Of a stretch of 64,000 nt of DNA, positions 24,952-34,761 are shown in pieces. A program made the translations under genes and the position numbers. The notes below the pieces were generated by a model. The model was not told where the DNA came from. It saw nothing but the letters and a program-made list of their open reading frames with translations, and did no database searches. Within the stretch, counting starts at the first letter, position 1, and every line of letters begins with the position of its first letter. Source of the DNA: Dendrobates tinctorius (taxonomy: Eukaryota); contig NW_027361875.1 of the NCBI RefSeq assembly GCF_039654945.1, positions 9,052,001 to 9,116,000 on the forward strand. The letters run 5' to 3'.

Positions 24952-27900
24952 CTATGTGTCATCAGGGGAAGGTGGGACAAAATCCTTGGAAACCCATGCA
25001 TGGTTCATTTTAATGAAGGTTAGATCATCCACATTTTGGGTTGACAGACGGGTCCTTTTTTCTGTCAGGATTGATCCAGCTGCACTGAAGACTCTTTCCG
25101 ATAGCACACTTGCAGCTGGGCAAGCGAGCTCCTGTAAGGCATATTGGGCCAATTCAGGCCAGGTGTCCAGTTTAGCGGCCCAATAGTCAAAGGGGAATGA
25201 CCTGTGTGGGAGAACATCGATATGGGAGGAAAAGTAGTTTGTAACCATAGTTGACAACTGCTGTCTCCTGTCACTTTCCATCGATGCAGTATTACCAGTT
25301 GTGTGAGCGGTATTTGAAAAATCAGTCCACAACATTGTCATGAAACCCCTGTCTCCAACGCCACTTCTGCTGTGTGCACCACGAACACCTCTGCCAAGCT
25401 GCCCCCAGCCCGTACGGCTCGTGTGAGAACCATCACCGCTGCTGTGTGCTGAGAATGCCTCAAGCAACCGATTTACCAGAGTTGCTTGTTTATTAGCCAA
25501 TATTAGGTCAAGGTACTCCTGTGGCATGATGTTTTGTAATTTGCCTTTATAGCGTGGATCCAGGATGCTGGCCAACCAGTAGTCGTCATCGTTCATCATT
25601 TTGGCAATGCGTGGGTCCCTTTTTAGGATCTGCAAGGCATAATCTGACATGTGGGCCAATGTTCCCGGTGTCAATGATGCACTGCGAGTGCTGGTTGGAG
25701 GAGCACTTTCTGGCAAATCCACATCCCTCCAGTCACGCACAAACCCTGTACCAGACCTTGCCACGCCAACATTTTCACTTGCCCCACGAGATGCATCCTC
25801 CTCCCCTAAGTAATCATCCCCATCATCCTCCTCCTCCTCCTCTTCTTCCTCCACCTCGTCCAGGAGAGGTCCCTGAGCAGACAATGGCTGAATGTCATCA
25901 AGGATTCCCTCCTCCTCCTCCTCCTCCTCATCAACATTGGCTGCAGACGCCTGCTCCTTAAGGTGCGTCAAAGTTTGCATGAGCAGACGCATAAGTGGGA
26001 TGCTCATGCTTAGGATGGCGTCGTCTGTGCTTACCAGCCATGTGCATTCCTCAAAACACTGAAGGACTTTACAGAGGTCTTTCAGCTTCGACCACTGCAC
26101 ACCTGTCAACTCCATGTCTGCTCTCAAAGTGCCTGGCCGTGTATCCTCCCACAAATGCATTATGGCCTGCCTCTGCTCGCACAGCCGCTCCACCATGTGC
26201 AGGGTGGAGTTCCACCTTGTTGCAATGTCGATAATGAGGCGGTGGTTGGGAAGGTGGAGCAATCGCTGCAGCTTCTGCTTACGAACGGAGTGTACAGGCG
26301 ACCGGCGGATGTGCGCGCACAGTCTTCGCACCTTCTGGAGCAGGGCTGTTAACTCCGGATAATTTTTGAGGAAGCACTGCACCACCAGGTTCAAGGTGTG
26401 AGCCAAGCAAGGTATATGGCTGAGTTTTGAAAGGGCTATGGCTGCCACAAAATTACGGCCGTTATCACTAACTACCTTGCCTGCCTCAAGATGTACACTG
26501 CCCAGCCATGACTCAGTTTGTCGCTTCAAGTACTCGGCCAGCACCTCGGCGGTGTGTCTGTTGCCCAAACACATCATCTGCAACACAGCCTGCTGACACT
26601 TTCTACTAGCTGCTCGATAGGTGGACACATCGTGTGCAACAGTGGCAGCTGCAGATGGAGTGCTCGTACGACTGCGCTCTGTGGATGAGCTTTCGCTTCT
26701 GGAGGAGGAGGAGGAGGAGGGTCGAACGCCTACAGCCAACTGTTTCCTATACCGTGGGCTAGGCAGCACTGTCCTACCACCGCTGTCCCCTGTGGACCCT
26801 GCATCCACCACATTAACCCAGTGCGCAGTGATGGACACGTAACGGCCCTGGCCATGCCGACTGGACCATGCATCAGTTGTGAGGTATACCTTTCCGCTCA
26901 CTGACTGCTTGAGTGCATGGACAATGCGGTCTTTCACATGATGGTGGAGGGCTGGGATGGCTTTGCGAGAGAAGAAGTGGCGACTGGGTAGGTCATAGCG
27001 TGGTACTGCATAGGCCATGAGTTCGCGGAAAGCTGTGCTTTCCACCAACCGAAAGGGCATCATCTCAAACGAGATTAGTTTGGCAATGTGGGCGTTCAAA
27101 CCCAGTGTACGCGGATGAGAGACTGAGTACTTTCTTGACCTACTCATAGTGTCTGGGAGGGTGAGCTGGACTTGAGAGCTGCATATGGTGGAAGTAGCGG
27201 TGGACAGGGCGGACTGAGAGAGGGTTGATGATGGTGATGGAGTTGGTGTTCTTTCTGATGGCCTAGAATCAGTCTTTCGTTGATATAACAGTGGGATTCC
27301 CTGACTGCTGTGGCCTTGCAACGACACCTCAACATTTGCTGCTGTGCTAACCGGTGGGCTTACAGTGGGGGAAACAATGTAGCGTTGCTGACTACCTTCG
27401 TTGTGATCAGTTGCACATGTGGCACTTGAGGTTTGGTGTTGTGTCCACGCTTGCAAGTGCATGCTGGTTAAATGTCTAAGTATGCAACTGGTATTCAAAT
27501 TTTTCAGATTTTTCCCTCGGCTAAAGGTCTTTGCGCACTTCTTACAGATAACCTTGGCCTGATCATGAGGATTTTGGTCAAAAAAGTGCCACACTGCACT
27601 CTTCCTACTTTGGCAGACATTTTGCGGCCTAGCACGCTGTGATCTTTTGACCCTCTGGACAAGCTGTCCAGCAACTCTTTTGATGTTTGGAACCTGTCTT
27701 TGGAGTGCTCCGGGCCTGCCAGATAACAGCTGTTGCGATGTCGATGTCTGCTGTGGATGCTCCTCATCTGAGCTATTGGAAGCAGCACCCTCTTCCCCCA
27801 ATGGATGCCAATCTGGGTCAACAACTGGGTCATCCATCACCTCCTTTTCTATGTCATGTGCACCTTCCTCTGTGTCACCGTGTATGGTGGTATAGTGTGA

Positions 27901-28194
27901 GGGAAGGGGCACCTGAGTCTCATCAGGGTCAGAATCTGGCTCTGTACACTGCGAGGACAATGTAGTGCTCTGAGTGAATGTACCAGCAGAATCATCCATC
28001 AGCGGCTGTGCATCAGTGCACTCCATGTCAGATTCATCTTGGCCTGGGTAATTCACCATTTGACTTGATAATCCAGGCATGGTATGTGAAAACAGCTCCA
28101 TGGAGTAATCAGTAGTATGGTCTGCGTCATCCTTCAATCTTGGTTGGGGTGAAGGACACAAGGAAAGGTGTGGTTCATGAACATGAGCCTCCAA
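24952..28194 (-). CDS. hAT transposase (BED zinc finger, DDE core, hATC dimerisation domain; ZBED-like)
   Basis: 1080-codon open frame with SAVWHFF..CKKC..LRHLTSMH (BED), LTTDAW, VSDNG, CLAH, TRWNS and SERVFS. First in-frame ATG at 28101; probable true start is ATG 28496 across a 1-nt frameshift near 28268. Confidence 0.95.
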   Translation of the reverse strand: MEAHVHEPHLSLCPSPQPRLKDDADHTTDYSMELFSHTMPGLSSQMVNYPGQDESDMECTDAQPLMDDSAGTFTQSTTLSSQCTEPDSDPDETQVPLPSHYTTIHGDTEEGAHDIEKEVMDDPVVDPDWHPLGEEGAASNSSDEEHPQQTSTSQQLLSGRPGALQRQVPNIKRVAGQLVQRVKRSQRARPQNVCQSRKSAVWHFFDQNPHDQAKVICKKCAKTFSRGKNLKNLNTSCILRHLTSMHLQAWTQHQTSSATCATDHNEGSQQRYIVSPTVSPPVSTAANVEVSLQGHSSQGIPLLYQRKTDSRPSERTPTPSPSSTLSQSALSTATSTICSSQVQLTLPDTMSRSRKYSVSHPRTLGLNAHIAKLISFEMMPFRLVESTAFRELMAYAVPRYDLPSRHFFSRKAIPALHHHVKDRIVHALKQSVSGKVYLTTDAWSSRHGQGRYVSITAHWVNVVDAGSTGDSGGRTVLPSPRYRKQLAVGVRPSSSSSSRSESSSTERSRTSTPSAAATVAHDVSTYRAASRKCQQAVLQMMCLGNRHTAEVLAEYLKRQTESWLGSVHLEAGKVVSDNGRNFVAAIALSKLSHIPCLAHTLNLVVQCFLKNYPELTALLQKVRRLCAHIRRSPVHSVRKQKLQRLLHLPNHRLIIDIATRWNSTLHMVERLCEQRQAIMHLWEDTRPGTLRADMELTGVQWSKLKDLCKVLQCFEECTWLVSTDDAILSMSIPLMRLLMQTLTHLKEQASAANVDEEEEEEEGILDDIQPLSAQGPLLDEVEEEEEEEEDDGDDYLGEEDASRGASENVGVARSGTGFVRDWRDVDLPESAPPTSTRSASLTPGTLAHMSDYALQILKRDPRIAKMMNDDDYWLASILDPRYKGKLQNIMPQEYLDLILANKQATLVNRLLEAFSAHSSGDGSHTSRTGWGQLGRGVRGAHSRSGVGDRGFMTMLWTDFSNTAHTTGNTASMESDRRQQLSTMVTNYFSSHIDVLPHRSFPFDYWAAKLDTWPELAQYALQELACPAASVLSERVFSAAGSILTEKRTRLSTQNVDDLTFIKMNHAWVSKDFVPPSPDDT

Positions 28195-28572
28195 TGACGA
28201 CTCAGTGCTTTTACTTTTTACAACTGAAGAAGAGGAGGCGATAGAGCTGGAGGCTGAGTCAGCAATTAAGACAAAACTTTTTCCTGATGCTCTGGCTTTA
28301 AAAGCGGTTTGCCAACTCCTACTAAAAAACTAAGCGTTCGAGGCCTTATGTAGCCAGACGATGACGCAGGCTCAACACCTCCTGCATTCGGTCCTATTTT
28401 GCTCTTGCCACTACCATCAGATCCACCACCAACACCATCATTACCAGCTGCCAACCCCCGCCCAATTCCTCGGCCTCTTCCACCAGCCTTCCTCATTTTT
28501 GGTAGAAATGTAGACAAAATCCAACAAACTATATAGTAATGTAAAACAAGGTACAAGGTGTCTATAGGACAG

Positions 28573-29031
28573 GGGAGATTTAGAATTTCTGCAGACACTT
28601 GTGGACACTGGACACTTTTGGATTGTGTGAGGCCCACTGATATCTGAGGGCTATGTGACAGGCTCGATGGCACAGCTGTGACAAAAGTGACGAGAGGATA
28701 AGGGAGATTTTGAATTTCTGCAGACACTTGTGGACACTGGACACTTTTGGATTGTGTGAGGCCCACTGATATCTGAGCGCTATGTCACAGGCTCGATGGC
28801 ACAGCTGTGACAAAAGTGACGAGAGGATAAGGGAGATTTTGAATTTCTGCACTCACTTGTGGACACTGGACACTTTTGGATTGTGTGAGGCCCAATGAAT
28901 ATCTGAGCGCTATGTGACAGGCTCGATGGCACAGCTGTGACCAAAGTGACTAGAGGATAAGGGAGATTTTGAATTTCTGCAGACACTTGTGGACACTGGA
29001 CACTTTTGGATTGTGTGAGGCCCAATGAATA
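28573..29031. repeat. 129/130-bp tandem array, ~3.5 units, immediately upstream of the transposase
   Basis: GGGAGATTT.GAATTTCTGC recurs at 28573, 28702, 28831 and 28961; sequence unrelated to the 23091 array. Confidence 0.95.
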
Positions 29032-29068
29032 CACCAACCCCCGGAAGTGCGTCCCCCAGTCCAGCCCT

Positions 29069-32000
29069 TCAGCGCCGCCCACCGCTGGAGAGAGAGAGCG
29101 GGAGGAGGCGTGCGCGAGACAGGGGGCGGGGGCCAGGAGCCGCCGTGAGGGCGAGTGGACGACGGGCGCGCGCCCGGACGGGAGCGCGCAGGTAAGGAAA
29201 CGCTGCGGTGCGCGCTGCTGCAGAAGGGGCATCGGCGGGCATAGCCGCCGATGTCACAGTACCCCTCTCCTTACGTCCTCCCTTACTGAGATTGGCCAAA
29301 AACTTTTTCAGAATCCGGGGAGCGTTGATATTCTCCAGAGGCTCCCAGGACCTTTCCTCGGGACCAAAACCCACCCAATCGATAAGAAAAAGGGTCTTAC
29401 CCCGGACTCTTTTCATAGCCAAGATGTCCTTGACCTCGAAGACGTTGTCCGAGATAACAGGTGAAGGAGGGACGATGGAAACTGGTTGGAACCGATTCAG
29501 GACTACGGGTTTCAAGAGCGAGACATGGAAAGCGTTGGGAACCCGGAGCGAAGCAGGCAACCTCAGTTTGTAAGCCACTTCATTAATACGTTCAATCACT
29601 TCGAACGGCCCAATGTACCGAGGACTCAGCTTATAAGAGGGAACTCTCAGACGGATATGTCGAGTTGAAAGCCAGACTTTGTCACCTGGATGGTACGGAG
29701 GCACGTCCTTCCGTCTTTTGTCTGCATGTTTCTTGATTCGGTTGTTGGCACCCTTGAGCGCGTCCCTGGTCTCTCTCCAAATCTGCGAGAATTCTTTAGC
29801 AAGAGAATCGGCTGCGGGTACTCCTGTAGACGTGGAGAAAGGCAACGGAATACCTGGGTTTTGACCGGTTACCACAAAAAAAGGTGACTTGGTGGTAGAT
29901 TCACTGGGATGATTATTGTGCGAGAATTCAGCCCAAGGTAAGAGCACGACCCAATTGTCCTGATGGGCGTTGGCGAAGTGACGTAGGAAGGTGGTTAACA
30001 CCTGATTAATTCGCTCGACTTGCCCGTGGGTCTGAGGATGGTATGCGGAGGAGAAGTCGAGAGATGTACCCATAAGCCGGCAGAGAGCCCTCCAGAAGCG
30101 GGAGGTGAACTGGACCCCCCGATCCGACAGAATCCGCTGAGGAAGACCATGCAGCCTGAAGACCTGGTGGATGAAGATCTCGGCCAACTTCGGGGCGGAC
30201 GGTAGTCCCGGTAAGGGAATGAAGTGGGCCATTTTGGAAAAACGATCTGCCACGACTAAGATGGTGGTACATCCGGCTGAGCGGGGTAAATCAGTCACAA
30301 AATCCATGGCGATCTGCTGCCAGGGGACCTCAGGAACTGGCAATGGGTGAAGAAGACCGGCGGGCAAAGTCCTAGCCACCTTGTTCTGGGCACAGATTGT
30401 GCACGAGGCAACATAGTCCATCACATCCTGGCGAAGCGTGGGCCACCAGTAATACCGGGACAGCAGCAAGAGAGTCTTTTTAGTCCCAACGTGTCCAGCA
30501 ATTTTGGAGGAATGCCCCCAGCCCAACACCTCTGTACGTCTGCTTTGAGGGACGAAAGTCTTACCGGGCGGAGGAATAGCAAAATTCACAGGGGCCACGG
30601 TGATCATCTTAGTAGGCTCGATAATATAGGATGGGACTTCATCCTTCTCCGATGACTGTAACGACCTGGAAAGGGCATCGGCCTTGATGTTCCTATTACC
30701 AGGTCGAAAGTGAAGTTGGAAGTCAAAGCGGGAGAAATACAGGGCCCACCTGGCTTGCCGGGCATTGAGTCTTTGGGCAGACTGCAGGTAAGCCAGGTTC
30801 TTGTGGTCCGTGAGGATGGTAAAGGGATGTACAGCCCCCTCGAGTAAATACCGCCATTCAGCCAAGGCCATCTTAATGGCCAGTAATTCTCGGTCTCCAA
30901 TGGAGTAGTTGCACTCCGCAGGTGAAAAGACTTTAGAAAAGAAGCCGCAAGGAACCAGCCGCCCGGATGAAGCCTGCTGGGACAGGACCGCCCCCGCTCC
31001 AGTGGAGGAGGCATCCACTTCCAGGACGAAGGGCCTGCTGGTCACAGGCCGATGCAAAATGGGTGCTGACGCAAAAGAACGTTTCAGAGCTTGGAAAGCG
31101 TTTTCAGCTTCAGGAGACCAGCTGTTGGGCTTCGTTCCCTTATGGGTCAAGACCGTGATGGGTTTGGTAACCGTGGAAAAATGAGGCACAAACTGACGGT
31201 AATAATTTGCGAACCCAAGAAACCGCTGGATGGCCTTAATCCCCACTGGACGGGGCCACTTGAGTACCACACTGAGTTTTTCGGGATCCATCTTTAGACC
31301 GGAATCGGTGACGACATATCCCAAGAAGGGCAGTGACGACTGCTCAAAAAGGCATTTCTCAATCTTGGCGTAGAGTTGGTTCTCTCGAAGGCGGTGCAAG
31401 ACCAAGCGTACGCTTTTGCGATGGGAGGACAGATCGGGCGAGAAAACGAGAATGTCGTCCAGATAGATGACCACACAGGAATAGAGTAGATCCCGGAATA
31501 TCTCGTTGATAAATTCTTGAAACACAGCGGGGGCATTGCAAAGGCCGAATGGCATGACTAGGTATTCATAATGCCCGTCACGGGTATTGAAGGCCGTTTT
31601 CCACTCATCCCCAGCACGGATCCGGACCAAATTGTAGGCTCCCCGCAGATCTAACTTCGTGAAGATCCGGGCTCCTCTCAGCCGGTCAAAGAGCTCCGGA
31701 ATCAACGGAAGGGGGTAACGATTTTTAACGGTGATATTGTTTAGACCCCGGTAATCAATGCAAGGCCGCAGTGATCCATCTTTCTTCCGGACGAAGAAGA
31801 AACCCGCGCCCGCAGGAGAGGAGGACTTCCGGATAAACCCCTTGGACAGATTTTCATGGATATATTCCGTCATGGCAGAGGTCTCGGCAGGAGAAAGAGG
31901 GTATGTTCTACCTCTGGGAGGAACCGCTCCAGGAATCAGGTCGATGGGGCAGTCATAGGACCGGTGCGGGGGCAGGGAGTCCGCCTCCTTCTTGCAGAAA

Positions 32001-32527
32001 ACATCAGCGTAGGCGTGGTATGGAACAGGAAGGCCGGGGAGGTCCGTTGGCCTAAGCTGAGAATGGGAACGAACCAGGGTACGTAAACAGCTTGCATGGC
32101 AGGTGTGCCCCCAGCGCAGGATCTCTCCGGAGCGCCAGTCGACAACTGGCTTATGCCGCCTAAGCCAAGGTAGTCCCAAGAGAATGGCGTGGGATAATTG
32201 AGGCAGGACATAAAAGGCAATCTTCTCAGAATGAAGTGCGCCAAGTTGTAGTTTTACTTCAGTGGTAACCGTGGTGATGAGCCCAGGAAGAGGTTTGCCA
32301 TCGACGGAGGTGATTGCTCGAGGGTTACTTAAGACGACCACGGGAATCTGGAGTTTGTCAACCTCCTCCTGGCGGATGAAGTTGCCTGCTGCGCCCGAGT
32401 CCACATACGCCTCCACAGAGCCACGCCCCCGACCTGTAATAAGCAGAGCTGAAAGAGTAAGTGGGAGAAAGGGGGTCTGATCACCTAGGGGGCCCTCTCC
32501 TACCTGGCCTAGGCGGATGCGTTTCCC
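29069..32527 (-). CDS. Gypsy Pol (protease, RT, RNase H, integrase, chromodomain), entered by -1 frameshift
   Basis: DSGA, YLDD, DAS, HHCC, DDE, GPF and chromodomain (FEVKDIL...IDWVGFGPEERSWEP). The frame is open from the GGGAAAC heptamer at 32527-32521. Confidence 0.95.
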   Translation of the reverse strand, partial: GKRIRLGQVGEGPLGDQTPFLPLTLSALLITGRGRGSVEAYVDSGAAGNFIRQEEVDKLQIPVVVLSNPRAITSVDGKPLPGLITTVTTEVKLQLGALHSEKIAFYVLPQLSHAILLGLPWLRRHKPVVDWRSGEILRWGHTCHASCLRTLVRSHSQLRPTDLPGLPVPYHAYADVFCKKEADSLPPHRSYDCPIDLIPGAVPPRGRTYPLSPAETSAMTEYIHENLSKGFIRKSSSPAGAGFFFVRKKDGSLRPCIDYRGLNNITVKNRYPLPLIPELFDRLRGARIFTKLDLRGAYNLVRIRAGDEWKTAFNTRDGHYEYLVMPFGLCNAPAVFQEFINEIFRDLLYSCVVIYLDDILVFSPDLSSHRKSVRLVLHRLRENQLYAKIEKCLFEQSSLPFLGYVVTDSGLKMDPEKLSVVLKWPRPVGIKAIQRFLGFANYYRQFVPHFSTVTKPITVLTHKGTKPNSWSPEAENAFQALKRSFASAPILHRPVTSRPFVLEVDASSTGAGAVLSQQASSGRLVPCGFFSKVFSPAECNYSIGDRELLAIKMALAEWRYLLEGAVHPFTILTDHKNLAYLQSAQRLNARQARWALYFSRFDFQLHFRPGNRNIKADALSRSLQSSEKDEVPSYIIEPTKMITVAPVNFAIPPPGKTFVPQSRRTEVLGWGHSSKIAGHVGTKKTLLLLSRYYWWPTLRQDVMDYVASCTICAQNKVARTLPAGLLHPLPVPEVPWQQIAMDFVTDLPRSAGCTTILVVADRFSKMAHFIPLPGLPSAPKLAEIFIHQVFRLHGLPQRILSDRGVQFTSRFWRALCRLMGTSLDFSSAYHPQTHGQVERINQVLTTFLRHFANAHQDNWVVLLPWAEFSHNNHPSESTTKSPFFVVTGQNPGIPLPFSTSTGVPAADSLAKEFSQIWRETRDALKGANNRIKKHADKRRKDVPPYHPGDKVWLSTRHIRLRVPSYKLSPRYIGPFEVIERINEVAYKLRLPASLRVPNAFHVSLLKPVVLNRFQPVSIVPPSPVISDNVFEVKDILAMKRVRGKTLFLIDWVGFGPEERSWEPLENINAPRILKKFLANLSKGGRKERGTVTSAAMPADAPSAAARTAAFPYLRAPVRARARRPLALTAAPGPRPLSRARLLPLSLSSGGRR

Positions 32528-33534
32528 GGTCTCTCAGGACAAGTGCGTACGAAGTGATTGGCCCCTCCACAATATAGACAGAGTCCCTTAGTCATCCTCT
32601 CCTTACGCCGTTGTTCGGACAGCTTGATGCGATCCACCTGCATAGGCTCGGGGGCAGTGTTACTAGGGAGAGCAACGGTGCGCGGAATGGGAGCTTGGTA
32701 TAATCTAAAGGGCCTCTTCTCCCTGGCTGACTCTCTAGCGCGTTCCTGAAAATGCAGGTCAATACGAGTAGCCAGGGAGATGAGATCTTCCAGGGTGGTA
32801 GGAAGGTCACGCCCGGCCAACTCGTCTTTGATTTTACTAGAAAGGCCTCTCCAAAAGGCACCAACCAGGGCTTCGTTATTCCACCCCAGCTCCGAGGACA
32901 AGGTCCGGAAACGGATGGCGTATTGCCCTACCGTAAGGGACCCCTGGCAGAGGTTAAAAAGGGCCTCTGTAGAGGAAGCAAGGCGTCCGGGTTCATCAAA
33001 AACCTTACGGAATGTTTCCAAAAAACTCTGGATGTTAGTCACCACCGGGTCATCCCTCTCCCACAACGGATTCACCCAAGCCAACGCCTCCCCCTCTAGA
33101 TGGGAGATTATAAAGGCCACCTTAGCACGGTCCGTGGGGTATTGTTGGGGCAGAAGATCAAAGTGCAATCTGCACTGGTTTAAAAATCCCCTACACAATT
33201 TTGGGTCCCCACAGTACCTAGGCGGCTTACCAAGACGGGGAGGAGGGAAAGAGACAGCGTCCCGGGCTTGGGTAGAAGCGGCCGCAGAGGACTGCAAAGA
33301 AAGCAGCCGATCATCCACGGACGCCATATACCCCAAAATGTGAGATTGCGCATCGCGCTGCTGTGCGAGCTCCTGCTGGAGACTGACTAAGAGAGGTGCA
33401 TGCGCTGGGTCAGCGGTTTGCAGGGCGGAGAGCCGGGTGTCCATGGACTTCATGAATGACATGATACGGGTCTGATTCTCTCTTAGGAAAAGCAGTTCCT
33501 TTTGAGTGGCAGCCGCGGCACCGGCGGGGTCCAT
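32509..33534 (-). CDS. Gypsy Gag (PEG10/RTL-like capsid with CCHC knuckle)
   Basis: 341 aa: PPRYCGDPKLCRGFLNQC, QGSLTVGQYAIRF (MHR-like), PEPMQVD, CLYCGGANHFVRTC. Confidence 0.95.
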   Translation of the reverse strand: MDPAGAAAATQKELLFLRENQTRIMSFMKSMDTRLSALQTADPAHAPLLVSLQQELAQQRDAQSHILGYMASVDDRLLSLQSSAAASTQARDAVSFPPPRLGKPPRYCGDPKLCRGFLNQCRLHFDLLPQQYPTDRAKVAFIISHLEGEALAWVNPLWERDDPVVTNIQSFLETFRKVFDEPGRLASSTEALFNLCQGSLTVGQYAIRFRTLSSELGWNNEALVGAFWRGLSSKIKDELAGRDLPTTLEDLISLATRIDLHFQERARESAREKRPFRLYQAPIPRTVALPSNTAPEPMQVDRIKLSEQRRKERMTKGLCLYCGGANHFVRTCPERPGNASA

Positions 33535-33547
33535 GGCCTGATGATAC

Positions 33548-34244
33548 TGTAACGCTGAGGAGAAACTACGTCAGAGAGTGGACCCTCTGGATCGCGGAAC
33601 CGGAGCCCCTGGGCCGAGCACGCCAGGTGAAGACCGACCCCTATACAGGGATCGTTTGGGGCAGGACCACAGAGGACGGAGGCGCGACAGCCGGAACCAA
33701 GAGGGACGGCTCCATGGACAAAAGGGCTGGGGAGGCAGCGGACCGAGATACGAGCAGGGACAGGTAGCACAGGGAAAGACACAATACGGGAAATGGCAAG
33801 GGGAAGAACCAGGGCGAACTGGAGACAGAGGAAGGGCACAGGGGATGGAAAGGCAGCAGCGCCTGGCAGACTGGGGAGGACGAGGGGAACGAGGCTGAGG
33901 ACGGCAGGGAGTATAAGGCAGAGAAAGGTAAAGCTACAGGAGAACTGTAGAGGCCAGAGGGTGCAGAAAACTACACAATCATCAGGCGTCCTCCTAACAG
34001 CGAGGACGCCTGAAATACACCAACCCCCGGAAGTGCGTCCCCCAGTCCAGCCCTTCAGCGCCGCCCACCGCTGGAGAGAGAGAGCGGGAGGAGGCGTGCG
34101 CCAGACAGAGGGCGGGGGCCAGGAGCCGCCGTGAGGGCAAGTGGACGACGGGCGCGCGCCCGGACGGGAGCGCGCAGGTAAGGAAACGCTGCGGTGCGCG
34201 CTGCTGCAGAAGGGGCATCGGCGGGCATAGCCGCCGATGTCACA
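33548..34244 (-). repeat. Gypsy 5' LTR (697 bp)
   Basis: TG...CA ends; its first ~230 nt match 29031..29258 with 3 differences seen by eye. Confidence 0.93.
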
Positions 34245-34550
34245 ATAGCCTCCCCTTGCACTACACACACAGTGACTGGTGTGTTGTGCAGGCCAAATCG
34301 CTAGCAGCAGAAGCAGTTTTTTTTTCTTCTCAGCAGGACAAAAAAAAAAAATTGGGATTGCTTTTAAAAAAGCAGTTTGCGGAGCAGTGGGTAAACAGCA
34401 ATGCAGGAATGTCAGGAAGCCTTAGAAGGCAGCCCAACAACCAACACCACTGATACACCACTATATAGCCTCCCCTTGCACTGCACACACAGTGACTGGT
34501 GTGTTGTGCAGGCCAAATCGCTAGCAGCAGAAGCAGTTTTTTTGTCTTCT
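34245..34550. repeat. 220-bp period direct repeat in the hAT 5' subterminal region
   Basis: ATAGCCTCCCCTTGCACT.CACACACAGTGACTGG... at 34245 and 34465. Confidence 0.85.
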
Positions 34551-34616
34551 TCCCTGCCTAACGCTCTCCCTACAGAATCAGCAGCAACCTCTCCCTATAC
34601 TGAGATCGGCAGAAGT

Positions 34617-34761
34617 AAGATGGCGGTCGGCGTGCACGCCCTTTTATACCCCCTGTGACGCCCACCAAAGCAAGCCAATCACTTGCATGCCCTTCTGAAA
34701 GATGGTGGTGACCCCTGCCTATGTCATCACATTGCCCACAGTGTCCGTGGATCCTGATTGG
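34617..34761 (-). promoter_or_regulatory. Putative Pol II promoter of the hAT element
   Basis: CCAAT boxes at 34757-61 and 34675-79, TATAAAA at 34648-42 and YY1-type CCGCCATCTT at 34626-17, oriented toward the transposase. Confidence 0.6.

Larger units (their letters stand above)
29028..34244 (-). mobile_element. Ty3/Gypsy chromovirus (sushi/PEG10-like) LTR retrotransposon nested in the hAT; 3' LTR truncated
   Basis: 5' LTR 33548..34244 (TGTGACA...GTTACA on minus). 3' LTR only 29028..29258, preceded by a PPT (GGGAGGACGTAAGGAGAGGGGTAC). Gag and pol are intact. Confidence 0.96.

Noticed and set aside
24952-28194. Domesticated host ZBED gene
   Set aside because: It lies within intact TIRs with a perfect 8-bp TSD, inside another repeat.
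29069-33534. Host PEG10/RTL1 gene
   Set aside because: It retains LTRs, PBS, PPT and a complete RT/integrase/chromodomain, so it is a retrotransposon.
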